From: an uncultured Gammaproteobacteria bacterium
GTDB taxonomy: Bacteria > Patescibacteriota > Patescibacteriia > Patescibacteriales > UBA12465
Length of the DNA: 64,000 bases
Direction: 5' to 3'
Assembly (NCBI GenBank): GCA_964355275.1
Contig: CAYHCB010000005.1
Coordinates: forward strand, 4,325-68,324
Notes under the pieces: model-generated
The model's database searches: none
Seen by the model: the letters and a program-made list of their open reading frames with translations, nothing else
What the model was told of the DNA's origin: nothing
Translations under genes and position numbers: made by a program
Part shown: piece after piece, positions 38,033 through 48,518 of the stretch
Numbering within the stretch: position 1 is the first letter of the stretch
How the letters are laid out: the number at the start of each line of letters is the position of its first letter

Positions 38033-39775
38033 TTATTTATTATTATGTGCTCTAATTTTTTTAATAATACCACTATCAATTCCTTTATACAGTTTTTCCA
38101 TTTCCTCCTTTATATAAAAAGTCTCCAAATTTTTATCAACAACTTTATTTATATCTTTATCGCAAACATCAACTAATGACTGGCTTCTATTTATAATCAT
38201 TTTTTCGACTAATTTAACATTTTTTTTAGAAAAACGGGATCCATAAATATAAAAGAAATGCGACAATCTATTAAAAAATTGCAGTCTAGTTATCTTTCGC
38301 AATAGACCAAACCCTCTCCTAAGAAAGTCACGTAATGGTTGAAAATTTTCATCAATTTTAATACTAGAAAGGGAAAAAATTATAGCGTACCAACGATATG
38401 CCAAGCGGATTCTTTCAAAATCCCATCCGCTTAAACTAGCCTCATCAATTTTGCTAAAATATTCTTCTCGAGTTGATCCATAATAGTTCAACTCTCCGGG
38501 GTAGTATAATAATTTTTCGGAGTAAACAACAACTGGTAGCCCCAGCAAACTCATTTCAGCGCCAACACTTGACCAAGCATTTAAAAATACATCAGCCTCC
38601 TCTGCTAAATTATAGATAGAAACATTATCAGTTGGCCAATTGATTTTTACATTATTTGGTAATTTGTTAAAAAATAATTGCAATTTATCGGCATGGATAG
38701 ATTTTCGATTCTCTCTTTTATTGGGGAATTCACGAGGATGGACTCTTATTATTAAAAAATAATTATTCTTATCCTCGACCCATTTAACCAGCGCAGAGCA
38801 CCAATCAACCTGAGACGAGAAAATAGTTTCACTCTCTTTAGTAGTTCTTCCTAAAACTTCTTCGGCAAACCTTTCATCATGACTGCTTAAAGTTGCAACT
38901 AACAGTTTTTTGTCAGCTGGCACACCAAAAAAAGAACGGATATCTTTATGATTATTATCTCTTGCGCTAGAATATGCAAAAACATCTCTCGCTTTAAATA
39001 GCGCCTCAAAATGTTTTCTAGTATTTATAATTTCTTTTCGACTACTTGCCGTATTTTTATATTTATCCCATGCATTTTTTTTAAGATAATTGAATAACTT
39101 ATTTGAATCTTCTTTAGCTATCATGAGCCTTGAACATCGATCCGAAATATTAAAATTGCCGAAATAATCATAGGCTAAAATACCACTTCTTATTGCAAGC
39201 GCTTTTACTATACCATTGACAGAATAGCCGGCATCATAATACATAACTGCATCTGGTTTTTCTTTTTCAAGTATTTTTTTAAAAACAAAATATGTTATTA
39301 AAGTGTTTTCAAGGGCTATTAAATAAGCTTGCCACTCTTCTTCAAAAAATTCATAATCATTTTTTTTATAATTGATTAAAACTTCATAGGATGAAATTTT
39401 ACCAATTTCAAAATCATCATATGTAAATACAGACCAATTATTTTTATTTATACCATTGATAATTTTTTTTATCTGTATTTTTTCTTCTTCCAATAAATTA
39501 TCATGAATATATTTGTGCTTAAACTTAAAATGAGAGTTATTACAATTTCTAATATATTGGCACGAGGAACATTGGTCTGCCTTGAGTTTGTTATTTGAAA
39601 ATTCATTTAGCCCATTAGCCGCCATACAGATACAAAAACTATCAAAAGCTCCGTCACAATTAACAAATAAAATATCATGGCCTGCCTTGCTAAGACCATT
39701 GGCCAAGAGAACTTCAGATTTTATATGAGGTAGTACTCCTGAGAATGGACTAAAAAAAATTATTTTCATAAACAC
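38033..39775 (-). CDS. Capsule-synthesis (KpsS/KpsC-like) GT-B protein, candidate nonulosonate transferase
   Basis: IRVHPRE (HP motif) and SSVGAEMSLLGLPV. Confidence 0.65.
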   Translation of the reverse strand: MFMKIIFFSPFSGVLPHIKSEVLLANGLSKAGHDILFVNCDGAFDSFCICMAANGLNEFSNNKLKADQCSSCQYIRNCNNSHFKFKHKYIHDNLLEEEKIQIKKIINGINKNNWSVFTYDDFEIGKISSYEVLINYKKNDYEFFEEEWQAYLIALENTLITYFVFKKILEKEKPDAVMYYDAGYSVNGIVKALAIRSGILAYDYFGNFNISDRCSRLMIAKEDSNKLFNYLKKNAWDKYKNTASSRKEIINTRKHFEALFKARDVFAYSSARDNNHKDIRSFFGVPADKKLLVATLSSHDERFAEEVLGRTTKESETIFSSQVDWCSALVKWVEDKNNYFLIIRVHPREFPNKRENRKSIHADKLQLFFNKLPNNVKINWPTDNVSIYNLAEEADVFLNAWSSVGAEMSLLGLPVVVYSEKLLYYPGELNYYGSTREEYFSKIDEASLSGWDFERIRLAYRWYAIIFSLSSIKIDENFQPLRDFLRRGFGLLRKITRLQFFNRLSHFFYIYGSRFSKKNVKLVEKMIINRSQSLVDVCDKDINKVVDKNLETFYIKEEMEKLYKGIDSGIIKKIRAHNNK

Positions 39776-39798
39776 AAATTTACATTAAATCTTTTATA

Positions 39799-41037
39799 CT
39801 ACTTAAACCATGAATAAATTTTCTTAAAAAGATATGCGATAATTCTTCTTGGATGATATGCATAAAATAGCCTATATAGACTTCTCTCCATTGAGAAATA
39901 ATCTTTAATATATTCTCTAAAATCAAGTGGAAAACTAGAAAACTCGACTACAACAGGCTCACTTTCGATTGTATAAGATGTTAAATTTATGCAATAACAT
40001 TCAGCGTTTATAGATTTTCTATAAATCCACTTTTTAGAATTTTCTATATAAACAAGATATGAATGAAACCATGGACTCAAACTTTTACTGCCAAATTTTT
40101 CAAAAGTAGACTTCGATAAAGAGATGAGTGCGGCACTTCTAACTTCATTTTTTGCTGAAACTGCTCCGGTAGCAACATGATCAACATGTAAAAAATCTAA
40201 AACTGTCGCGAACATATCTCTTATTTCAAAAATACCGTTAGCTTCACCCGGCACAATGTCCGGACCCTTAATAAAGAAGCAGGTTTTTAATTTGAAGTCG
40301 GCTACTAACTTTGGCCAATATCTACTTATTGTTTCATCTGAAATATTTTTATCAAAAAACAAATCATCATAAGGACTTAAAGTCATCCCGTGGTCACTAC
40401 TAAAAATCAATAAATCATTATCTTCGTTATACTTAAGATACTCAAGATTCATCCTTACTTGATTGCTACATTCCACAATTGCCTTAGATAAACCCTCTTT
40501 TGTTCCATGTCTTTGAACAAGTGGATGATCATGCAAACAAAGATCGTGAATAAAAATATATGTCGGTCTGTTGTCATTTAGCAGAAAGAAATCTTCATGC
40601 TGCTTGAGAAATGTAGATTCTTGAAATGGAACGGTTTCATCCTCTAAACAAACTCTATCAAAACCATAAGATTCAAGAAGATTATATCTTTTATATGCCC
40701 CATTTCTTCTGAGCCCATCCGGAGGAAAACTTCTATAAAAAATGCCAAAATATCCATTATTTTTTAAATAGCTCGCCAATGTCATTTTTGCATTATAGGC
40801 ATTTGGATGTAATGGCATATCAGATTTAACGGATTGAACATCCAAACCAGTAACCATTGCCGAAAGCGAAGCCATTGTTTCTCCGTGCCCATAACAATTT
40901 TTAATGATAAATGAATTTTTAGATAGACTGTCGATAAAATTTACTGGTGCTAAATCATCAATGTTATTATCATTATCGTTTAATGCCCTTATCATGCAGG
41001 GGGTTAAACCGTCTAATACATACCAAATTATTCTCAT
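39799..41037 (-). CDS. Alkaline-phosphatase/sulfatase superfamily protein
   Basis: VLDG, GETMAS...TG, LHDH and FSSDHG metal-site motifs. Confidence 0.75.
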   Translation of the reverse strand: MRIIWYVLDGLTPCMIRALNDNDNNIDDLAPVNFIDSLSKNSFIIKNCYGHGETMASLSAMVTGLDVQSVKSDMPLHPNAYNAKMTLASYLKNNGYFGIFYRSFPPDGLRRNGAYKRYNLLESYGFDRVCLEDETVPFQESTFLKQHEDFFLLNDNRPTYIFIHDLCLHDHPLVQRHGTKEGLSKAIVECSNQVRMNLEYLKYNEDNDLLIFSSDHGMTLSPYDDLFFDKNISDETISRYWPKLVADFKLKTCFFIKGPDIVPGEANGIFEIRDMFATVLDFLHVDHVATGAVSAKNEVRSAALISLSKSTFEKFGSKSLSPWFHSYLVYIENSKKWIYRKSINAECYCINLTSYTIESEPVVVEFSSFPLDFREYIKDYFSMERSLYRLFYAYHPRRIIAYLFKKIYSWFK

Positions 41038-41070
41038 ATTATCTCATATTAATTTAAATTATAATCTCTA

Positions 41071-41697
41071 TTATTTCTTAACTGCAATAATTCTAATAAA
41101 TACATAATCAGTTTCTTTAAAAGGCGCAAATCCGGATTTTTCTTCGACTGAGATAATTGTAAAACCACTATTTTCCAATTTGGAACGAAGTCCATCGATA
41201 TTGATAAATCTTCTATAATGATTTTCGTATATAAAAGCATTCTCTTCCCCTTTAACTTTCTCGCCTAATTGAAATAATTCATTTTTGAGTCCTCTGGCTT
41301 CTATTAATATTTTCCCATTTAAATTCAGATGATTGAATGACCACTTAATAACCCTGTCCTCCTCATCCTTTTTAATAGAATGCAGAGTAAGACGAGAATA
41401 AATATTATCAAAAAAACCAATTTCACCAAGATTAGTAAAGTCGTCACTATTAAATTTCAAATTTTTTAAATGATTATTTTCAGACAAAAGCAATATTTCC
41501 CTATCACATTGATCCACGGCTAAAACATTTATATTATTCAAGGCAAAAAATATTGCATCTCTGCCATTCCCACAACCAATTTCTAATAATGAACTTCTTT
41601 CTTTTACATATTCTTTCAAAACAAATTGAGCAAATAAAGATGGTTGCGATACGGCAATATTTGAATTATAGTAGTTATCCCAGTAGGTTTTTTCCAT
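41071..41697 (-). CDS. Class I SAM-dependent methyltransferase
   Basis: YWDNYY and LEIGCGNGRD. Confidence 0.88.
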   Translation of the reverse strand: MEKTYWDNYYNSNIAVSQPSLFAQFVLKEYVKERSSLLEIGCGNGRDAIFFALNNINVLAVDQCDREILLLSENNHLKNLKFNSDDFTNLGEIGFFDNIYSRLTLHSIKKDEEDRVIKWSFNHLNLNGKILIEARGLKNELFQLGEKVKGEENAFIYENHYRRFINIDGLRSKLENSGFTIISVEEKSGFAPFKETDYVFIRIIAVKK

Positions 41698-41721
41698 ATT
41701 GATCTATAATTTAATTATCGA

Positions 41722-42930
41722 TTAATTATTATTTCTTAAATATTTCACCCTAAGACTTTCTTCTAAATGGACATCTCCATAAGAAGAAGGCTTTCCCCAT
41801 AAATTATCTTTCCACCATTTTTCATTTTCAATCCACCAAACCCTCGGATCTCTAAACGTATCAGCCACTGAGTCAAATTCTTCTTCAGTCCAGTCAATAT
41901 ACTCAAGCCAACGATAAAGATCTTTTGATTTAATGTGATCCATTTTTTTTACTATCTCGATCGCTTCCTCTCGCGTCATCTTTCCTGATCTTATATCTTT
42001 ACAAGTATGATCTGTCGCGCGACCATAACCAAATTTAATAAATTTCATATAGTCATGAATTCCGTTTTCATGCATATCATCAAGATTGGACATAAGTCTA
42101 TAAGTTCTCTCAAATGGCTCCTCTGACTCCTTGAAGCCATATTTTTCAATCATCAAAGGCCCATGATCGTTTGCATCCCATTTAAAATAGTTCGAGATAT
42201 AAATACCTCTCACCCCAATTTCATCTATAGCCTTATCGCCAGGATACATCCATGGTATGAGTTCTTTTTTTTCTAATTTTTCCCCATACCCAGAAGCACG
42301 TTCAATAAAATCATACCATTCGTACCCCCTTAGACCGTGTTCGTGTCTAAATCTATAAGTAAATTCAACCATATCTGAATATGAATGCATGCCTCCTAAG
42401 TCCATAAAGCCGTGTTCGCCCCAAATCATTAAAGGAGTTTTTGTTTCAACTGCCACTCTAATTGGATAAGTAAATATTCCAGAATGACAATGCCAATTCA
42501 TGTCCCCCATCATCCTCATTCCCAGTCTATTCATTTTTTTTAACACATTTATGTTTGGTGTAAAAAATATATGATCGACTCCAAATGCCTCGCGCATGTT
42601 AAGCAGATTTTTCATTCCTGTGGCTGTATAGTTATTACCATTGTATGTAACTAATAAAGGGTTAAGCCCACAAATATTCTTAATAATGTGGATCTGAAAA
42701 TAGCTATCCTTTCCACCGCTAACAGGAATAATACAATCGTAGCCATCTCCATCTTTATTTTTATATTCATCTACTAATTCTAAAAATTGCTTTCTTTTTT
42801 CATTCCAATCAATCTCCGATTTTTGACCACAAACCCTACAACCAGAACACATTCCATTTTCATCAAAAGCCAGTGGCGCAGCAGAGCTAGATGGATAAAC
42901 ACATTTTTTGCAATAATTAATCTTTATCAT
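41722..42930 (-). CDS. N-acetyl sugar amidotransferase (PseA/WbuX family)
   Basis: CKKC...CSGC and the PP-loop DCIIPVSGGKDS. Confidence 0.92.
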   Translation of the reverse strand: MIKINYCKKCVYPSSSAAPLAFDENGMCSGCRVCGQKSEIDWNEKRKQFLELVDEYKNKDGDGYDCIIPVSGGKDSYFQIHIIKNICGLNPLLVTYNGNNYTATGMKNLLNMREAFGVDHIFFTPNINVLKKMNRLGMRMMGDMNWHCHSGIFTYPIRVAVETKTPLMIWGEHGFMDLGGMHSYSDMVEFTYRFRHEHGLRGYEWYDFIERASGYGEKLEKKELIPWMYPGDKAIDEIGVRGIYISNYFKWDANDHGPLMIEKYGFKESEEPFERTYRLMSNLDDMHENGIHDYMKFIKFGYGRATDHTCKDIRSGKMTREEAIEIVKKMDHIKSKDLYRWLEYIDWTEEEFDSVADTFRDPRVWWIENEKWWKDNLWGKPSSYGDVHLEESLRVKYLRNNN

Positions 42931-42935
42931 AATAT

Positions 42936-43721
42936 TTATCTAAAATTATACCCTCCATTTTTTAATAACTTTTTTGCTCTTGGGTAGCTTAGTTCAGTAA
43001 AATGAAACAAATTACCAGCAGCTATGCCGGATACATTAGTGGCATCAGCTAAATCCAAAAAATGTTCTAATTTTCCGGCTCCACCGCAAGCTACGACAGG
43101 AATCTTGCAAAATTCAACAACCTTTTTTATTGTTTCAATATCGTAACCAGTTCCATGACCATCATAATCAATTGTATTTATAAAAATTTCTCCAGCACCT
43201 AATTCCTCGCATTTTTTTACCCATTCAAAAACACTAACGCCAGTATTATTCTTACCGAAATCAGTAAAAACGATCGGATGATTATCAATTATTTTATAAT
43301 CAATTGAAACAACAACAGCCTGAGAACCATATTTTTCTGCAACATCAGAAATCAAATTCGGTGACAAAAAGGCACCAGTATTTAAAACAACCTTATCAGC
43401 ACCATTTTGAATTATATAGCCAACATCCTCCATTGTTCTAACACCGCCACCAAAAGCTAATGGCATAAAGCAAACTCTAGATATACACTTTATAATTTCT
43501 TCAATTGAATTTAAGGATTTAATATTATGATCATCGCGACGTAAATCGTAAAATTTATCACGACTAATGTCTATATAAATCAACTCATCAACATTCCAAT
43601 CATTATAACGCTTGGCCTCATCAATAACATTACCAATATTTTGATGATAAACAAAATCCTCACTTCTAACAATCAATCCATTCTTTATATATAGAACTGG
43701 AATTAATCTCGTCTTTATCAT
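42936..43721 (-). CDS. HisF-like cyclase subunit (WbuZ-type) of glycan amidination
   Basis: FMPLAFGGG, GADKV, GAGEI and ACGGAG; lies between hisH-like and pseA-like genes. Confidence 0.88.
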   Translation of the reverse strand: MIKTRLIPVLYIKNGLIVRSEDFVYHQNIGNVIDEAKRYNDWNVDELIYIDISRDKFYDLRRDDHNIKSLNSIEEIIKCISRVCFMPLAFGGGVRTMEDVGYIIQNGADKVVLNTGAFLSPNLISDVAEKYGSQAVVVSIDYKIIDNHPIVFTDFGKNNTGVSVFEWVKKCEELGAGEIFINTIDYDGHGTGYDIETIKKVVEFCKIPVVACGGAGKLEHFLDLADATNVSGIAAGNLFHFTELSYPRAKKLLKNGGYNFR

Positions 43722-44329
43722 ATTATTTTATTGAAATTTTCCAAAATTTTCAAACCGTCACGCTGGCTTTTCTCGGGATGAAATTGGCATCCAAAAATTT
43801 TTCCCTCTTCAAAAACTGAGTCAAAATCAATGCCATAGTTTGTAGAGGCTGACACCGCACTACGATTAGTCAGGCTGCAGTAATAGCTATGAACAAAATA
43901 ATACGAAGCTCCTTGTTCTATGTTCTCTAATAAAGAAAAATTGTTTTTGATATCCAAGCTATTCCATCCTACGTGAGGTATTGGTAAATCTTTTATAGCC
44001 TCTCTAAAAGGCAAAACCTTTCCACCAACCAAACCAAGGCCCTCATGATAGCCATGCTCCTCGCTTGAATCAAGTAGAAGTTGCATACCAAGACATATAC
44101 CTAGAATAGCACCTCCTGATTTAGAAAATTTCCTAATTGCCTCAGAAAATCCAGTATTATTCAACCTTTCCATGGCCTGACTAAACGCACCCACCCCTGG
44201 TAAAATTATTTTCTGGCAAGAACATACCTCTTTGCAATCGGTTATTATTTTATTTTCTATTTTTAAATAATCTAACGAATTTTTTACGGATTGAATGTTT
44301 CCAATTCCGATATTAATAATGCCTATCAT
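43718..44329 (-). CDS. HisH-like glutamine amidotransferase (WbuY-type)
   Basis: LPGVG, GICLGMQ, YFVHSY and QFHPEKS. Confidence 0.92.
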   Translation of the reverse strand: MIGIINIGIGNIQSVKNSLDYLKIENKIITDCKEVCSCQKIILPGVGAFSQAMERLNNTGFSEAIRKFSKSGGAILGICLGMQLLLDSSEEHGYHEGLGLVGGKVLPFREAIKDLPIPHVGWNSLDIKNNFSLLENIEQGASYYFVHSYYCSLTNRSAVSASTNYGIDFDSVFEEGKIFGCQFHPEKSQRDGLKILENFNKII

Positions 44330-44355
44330 ATTAAGATTTTAGTTAATAAAATTAA

Positions 44356-45351
44356 TTATTCCATAATCGGCTCCCCTTTTTTAAAATCCCTTTTTGCTTT
44401 TTTTCCGATTTGAGACTCAAAATACTTAGGATCTAAACCAAACGATGGTCTAATGACTTTCATATTATCTTTAGTAAACTCGTCACCAATATTTATATAT
44501 TTGGATGCATAAATAGATCTTTTAAAAATACGACTATTTTCTTCGGCTTTCGTGATTTCATAATTTATTTTTCCCAAAGATAAGCGAGCTCGTTCCGATT
44601 CTTCAACTAACATTTTAAATTCGGTTGGTTCGAGAGAAAAAGCGCTATCAACGCCTCCTTCAGCGCGACTAAGACAAAAATGTTTTTCTATTACTTGAGC
44701 ACCAAGAGCAATTGCGGCGACTGAGACACCTATGCCCATAGTGTGATCCGATAAACCAACATTACAATCAAATAATCTTGCCATGTCGGGCATAGTTAAT
44801 AAATTTGTATCTTCCGGACTAGCTGGATAAGTACTCGTACATTTAAGTAAAGTTAAATCTTCACATCCATTTTCTTTAAGGGTTTTAACGGCCAACTCTA
44901 TCTCAGCTAAAGTTGATGCACCAACAGAAATAATGATTGGCTTTTCGGTTTTAGCGATATATTTCAATAAAGGAATATGATTAACCTCAAAAGAAGCAAT
45001 TTTATAAATTGGATTTCCAAGATTCTCCAAAAAGTCCACAGCGCTTTCGTCAAAAGGAGTAGAAAAACAAATTATGCCACGTTCTTTTGCTCTCTTAAAT
45101 ATAGCTTCATGCCATTCCCATGGAGTATAGGCTTCGCTATAAAGATCATACAAATCGCGCCCAAACCATAACGACTTTTCATCTTTAATTGTATAAACGT
45201 CTTTCATGGTTATTGTGTCCGGGGTATATGTTTGTAGCTTCAGTGCGTGAGCGCCAGCATCAGCAACCGCGTCAACAATCGCCAAAGCTCTTTCTAAAGA
45301 TTGATTATGATTACCAGACATTTCAGCCACAATAAAAGGTTTTTTGTTCAT
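44356..45351 (-). CDS. pseI: Pseudaminic acid synthase
   Basis: AEMSGNHNQ, KLQTYTPDT, TPWEWH, GLSDH and SAF domain. Confidence 0.93.
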   Translation of the reverse strand: MNKKPFIVAEMSGNHNQSLERALAIVDAVADAGAHALKLQTYTPDTITMKDVYTIKDEKSLWFGRDLYDLYSEAYTPWEWHEAIFKRAKERGIICFSTPFDESAVDFLENLGNPIYKIASFEVNHIPLLKYIAKTEKPIIISVGASTLAEIELAVKTLKENGCEDLTLLKCTSTYPASPEDTNLLTMPDMARLFDCNVGLSDHTMGIGVSVAAIALGAQVIEKHFCLSRAEGGVDSAFSLEPTEFKMLVEESERARLSLGKINYEITKAEENSRIFKRSIYASKYINIGDEFTKDNMKVIRPSFGLDPKYFESQIGKKAKRDFKKGEPIME

Positions 45352-45352
45352 A

Positions 45353-45988
45353 TTATTCGGACTTAAAAATTTTTAATATATATTTATGACCACGATATAG
45401 AAAGAAGGCTGGATAACGCTCGTTATCAACAACCCTTAGAATATTAAATTGCTCTGCAATTGTTTTTTCTGGCTTAAGTTCGCTATCGCCCTTAGTACGT
45501 CGTCTATAAAAAGATTCTTGCCCAACCGACTCTATTCCTTTGATATCGGGGTAATTGTCTAAGAAATTTACAATTAAACCATTAATTTTATCTCCTAGGG
45601 ATGAGCGCATTTCTTCCATTAATTCATGACCGGAAAAATTAATAACGGCTCGATCATATATTAAACCCGCGTCGACTGCTTCTACGGCCTCAAACAAAGT
45701 TAAAGTTATATCATTCTTGCCCTCTAAAATCTGCCAGGTTAGTGGGGAAAAACCTTTACCTTGAGGCAAGGGACTAGCATGAACAACTAAATTATGCCTA
45801 TTCCTATCTAAAACATCCCTTTTAACAATCTTTTCGCAACTTAAAAATATCGCGATATCACCATTTTTAATTTCTTTTTGATCATGAATCAAAAAAACAA
45901 CGTGCTTAATTTTTATTTGTTCAAATAATTTATTAGCATAAGGCACCGCCCAACTATTTATATTGTCTACTAGTATAGAAATAGTCAT
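45353..45988 (-). CDS. Sugar N-formyltransferase
   Basis: NLVVHASPLPQGKG.SP and VDAG formyltransferase motifs. Confidence 0.85.
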   Translation of the reverse strand: MTISILVDNINSWAVPYANKLFEQIKIKHVVFLIHDQKEIKNGDIAIFLSCEKIVKRDVLDRNRHNLVVHASPLPQGKGFSPLTWQILEGKNDITLTLFEAVEAVDAGLIYDRAVINFSGHELMEEMRSSLGDKINGLIVNFLDNYPDIKGIESVGQESFYRRRTKGDSELKPEKTIAEQFNILRVVDNERYPAFFLYRGHKYILKIFKSE

Positions 45989-46021
45989 AGATAATTAAAT
46001 TAAAAATTATTTATACAACAA

Positions 46022-47311
46022 TTATTTATTATTACGCTCGAGATGCTTTATTCCTCGATAAATTGTAATCACATCTTTTTTATATTTTTCTATTTTCTTG
46101 AATTCTTGATTAAAAAGGGATTTTGCCGTCTTATCTCGACCGGCCGGTTTTTTGTCCCAATCGATAACGAACGGTTGATTAATAATTTTGCCTAACCAGT
46201 TCATTTTTTTACCGGCTTTTAAAAAAGTTAAAAAAGCACGAGGTTGATAATAAGAAGACCCAACTAAAAGCAATTTTGACCATTTTTTATCTTTAGCGAT
46301 CTTTAAAATGTGTTCTGCCTGGTCCTTTGTATTCATCGCCCCATTGTCAATTATGATATTCCTTTCATCTACCCCCCTTTTTAATAAATAATTTTTCATT
46401 TTAAGTAAAGAAATATTATTTTCTCCTACTCGTAATTTTTTACCTATTAATACATTATTCCCGGAAATAATTATTTTTTTTGAATAACTATTTTTATATA
46501 ACCAAATAACTTTAGAAGCTCTATCATACCGATCCCCCTGTAACCATAAAATAGCATCAGCAGATTGAGGGGGGTCTTTAATTATTAAATTGTATAACTT
46601 TTTAAATTCTAACATACTATTTTTAAGGCGTTGAATAATCTTATATTTTAACTCCGCCAGCACCCAATCATCTTCGCTATCAATATCCTGAACTTCTTTT
46701 TCAGAAATAATCAAGGGCAAAGTATTACTTGTAAACAATTTCTTAATAATTAAAAATTTTTCAACAGCAAGACAATAAAATTGGCCGCAATCGTGATAAT
46801 TTGAAACTAAATCCTGAGATCTACTATTAATATTTTCCGGCCAATTAATTTCTAACTTATTATTATTTATTTTAAAACTTCTTTGGATTGGGTGACCATA
46901 AATAACAACTGGCACAACCGAGTAAGCCTTTGATTCTTTTAGAATATTCATGGCATTTTTTAATTTTTCTGGGGTAACAAAAGGAGCAGTTGGATATATA
47001 CAACATACATAATTAAATTCAATCCCATTTTTTTTATATTGTAGTAAAACTTCTTCTATAACATCTACTGTAACAGAAAAATCATCAGAATTTTTTTCCG
47101 AACGAAGAAATGGCACTTTAGCTCCACACTTAATTGCGATGTCAGCTATCTCTTGGCTATCAGTAGACACCATTATCTCATCAAAAACATCGCTATTTAG
47201 AGCTGCTTCTATCGAATAAGCAATAATTGGTTTACCTAAGAATAGGCGAATATTTTTTTTTGGAATTCGCTTACTTCCACCTCTGGCAGTTATAATGGCA
47301 AGATTGGACAT
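46022..47311 (-). CDS. pseF: Pseudaminic acid cytidylyltransferase fused to a DUF218/YdcF-like domain
   Basis: ARGGSKRIPKKN, CCIYPTAPF and QDID...AELKY; then ADAILWL.G, IIISG, NTKDQA and SYYQPRA. Confidence 0.88.
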   Translation of the reverse strand: MSNLAIITARGGSKRIPKKNIRLFLGKPIIAYSIEAALNSDVFDEIMVSTDSQEIADIAIKCGAKVPFLRSEKNSDDFSVTVDVIEEVLLQYKKNGIEFNYVCCIYPTAPFVTPEKLKNAMNILKESKAYSVVPVVIYGHPIQRSFKINNNKLEINWPENINSRSQDLVSNYHDCGQFYCLAVEKFLIIKKLFTSNTLPLIISEKEVQDIDSEDDWVLAELKYKIIQRLKNSMLEFKKLYNLIIKDPPQSADAILWLQGDRYDRASKVIWLYKNSYSKKIIISGNNVLIGKKLRVGENNISLLKMKNYLLKRGVDERNIIIDNGAMNTKDQAEHILKIAKDKKWSKLLLVGSSYYQPRAFLTFLKAGKKMNWLGKIINQPFVIDWDKKPAGRDKTAKSLFNQEFKKIEKYKKDVITIYRGIKHLERNNK

Positions 47312-47312
47312 T

Positions 47313-48518
47313 TTATTTTTTAATAAATTCTAATACTTTTTCAATTACAAATTTTTGTTCTTCTTTTTTTAGAGATGGATACATTGGCAAACTTAAACAT
47401 TCCTCATAATACTTTTCAGAAATCGGTGTATATTCTTTTTTATTACCAAGTGATTGATAATATGGCATGGCATTAACAGGGATATAATGAACTTGAGCTA
47501 AAATATTATTACTACGTAAATAATCATATAATTCTTTACGTTTTTTAGTTCTAATAATATAAAGATGGTAAGCGTGACCAATTCCTTTACTTATTAATTT
47601 TTCATTACTGCCAGAGACAATTTCTATATCAGAAGTATTTTTAAAAGCCTGGTCATAAATATCTGCTATTTCTCTACGTTTTTTTATACCATCAGCTGCT
47701 CTTTGTAGTTGAGAAAAACCTAAGGCACAAAGAATATCAGGAAGTCTATAATTATAACCTAATTCCTGCATTTCATAATACCAACTACCATGATTTTCTT
47801 TAAGGCTATCTGGATTTTTGGTTATTCCATGAGTTCTCAAAGACAAAAGTTTTTTATATAATTCTTCATTATTAGTTGTAATCATTCCACCCTCACCAGT
47901 AGTAATATGTTTAACGGGATGGAAAGAAAAAACTGTTAAATCAGAATACACGCCATTACCACACAACTGTTTGACACCATTGCTATCAGTAAAATAGCCA
48001 CCTGGAGAATGACAAGCATCTTCCATTATCCAAAGACCATATTTATCAGCAATCTTTCTGAGTTCCTCAACATTAACAGGATAGCCAGCCATATCAACTG
48101 GAATAATACCTCGATAACTACCACGAGGGCTTAATTCTAAAAGTTTTTTAAGTGCTTCAATATCAATAGTAGCAGTGGAAGAATTTATATCAGAAAAAAT
48201 AACCTCACCATCACAATAGCGAATACAATTAGCTGAGGCAGCAAAAGTAATTGGAGTAGTAATTATTTTACTAGCGCTATTCACATTCAAAGCCAAAGCG
48301 CCTAAATGCAAAGCCGCTGTGCCATTAGTTACTGCTACGGCATATTTAGCTCCCACATATTTAGCAAATTCTTCTTCAAATTTAGCAACCCAAGGACCTT
48401 GAGTTAAATAATCACTCCGAAGAACCGATGACATTAATTCTATATCGTCTTCTGTGATATGTTGTCTTCCATATGGAATAAAAACATTATCCAATTGGTT
48501 CGAAATTTTTATCGACAT
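47313..48518 (-). CDS. pseC: UDP-4-amino-4,6-dideoxy-AltNAc transaminase
   Basis: IPYGRQ, FSFHPVKHITTGEGG and WYYEMQELGYNYR. Confidence 0.93.
   Translation of the reverse strand: MSIKISNQLDNVFIPYGRQHITEDDIELMSSVLRSDYLTQGPWVAKFEEEFAKYVGAKYAVAVTNGTAALHLGALALNVNSASKIITTPITFAASANCIRYCDGEVIFSDINSSTATIDIEALKKLLELSPRGSYRGIIPVDMAGYPVNVEELRKIADKYGLWIMEDACHSPGGYFTDSNGVKQLCGNGVYSDLTVFSFHPVKHITTGEGGMITTNNEELYKKLLSLRTHGITKNPDSLKENHGSWYYEMQELGYNYRLPDILCALGFSQLQRAADGIKKRREIADIYDQAFKNTSDIEIVSGSNEKLISKGIGHAYHLYIIRTKKRKELYDYLRSNNILAQVHYIPVNAMPYYQSLGNKKEYTPISEKYYEECLSLPMYPSLKKEEQKFVIEKVLEFIKK

Noticed and set aside
42936-44329. Histidine biosynthesis genes hisF and hisH
   Set aside because: They lie beside a PseA/WbuX amidotransferase in a glycan operon with no other his genes, which fits the ammonia-supplying paralogs.
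48476-48518. Possible frameshift or phase variation at the pseC start (TAATG overlap followed by T5, one T short of in-frame MFFIPYG)
   Set aside because: An in-frame ATG at 48518 in the genome's usual AAAAATATG context gives an intact protein, and T5 is too short for a credible slippage tract. Read data would settle it.
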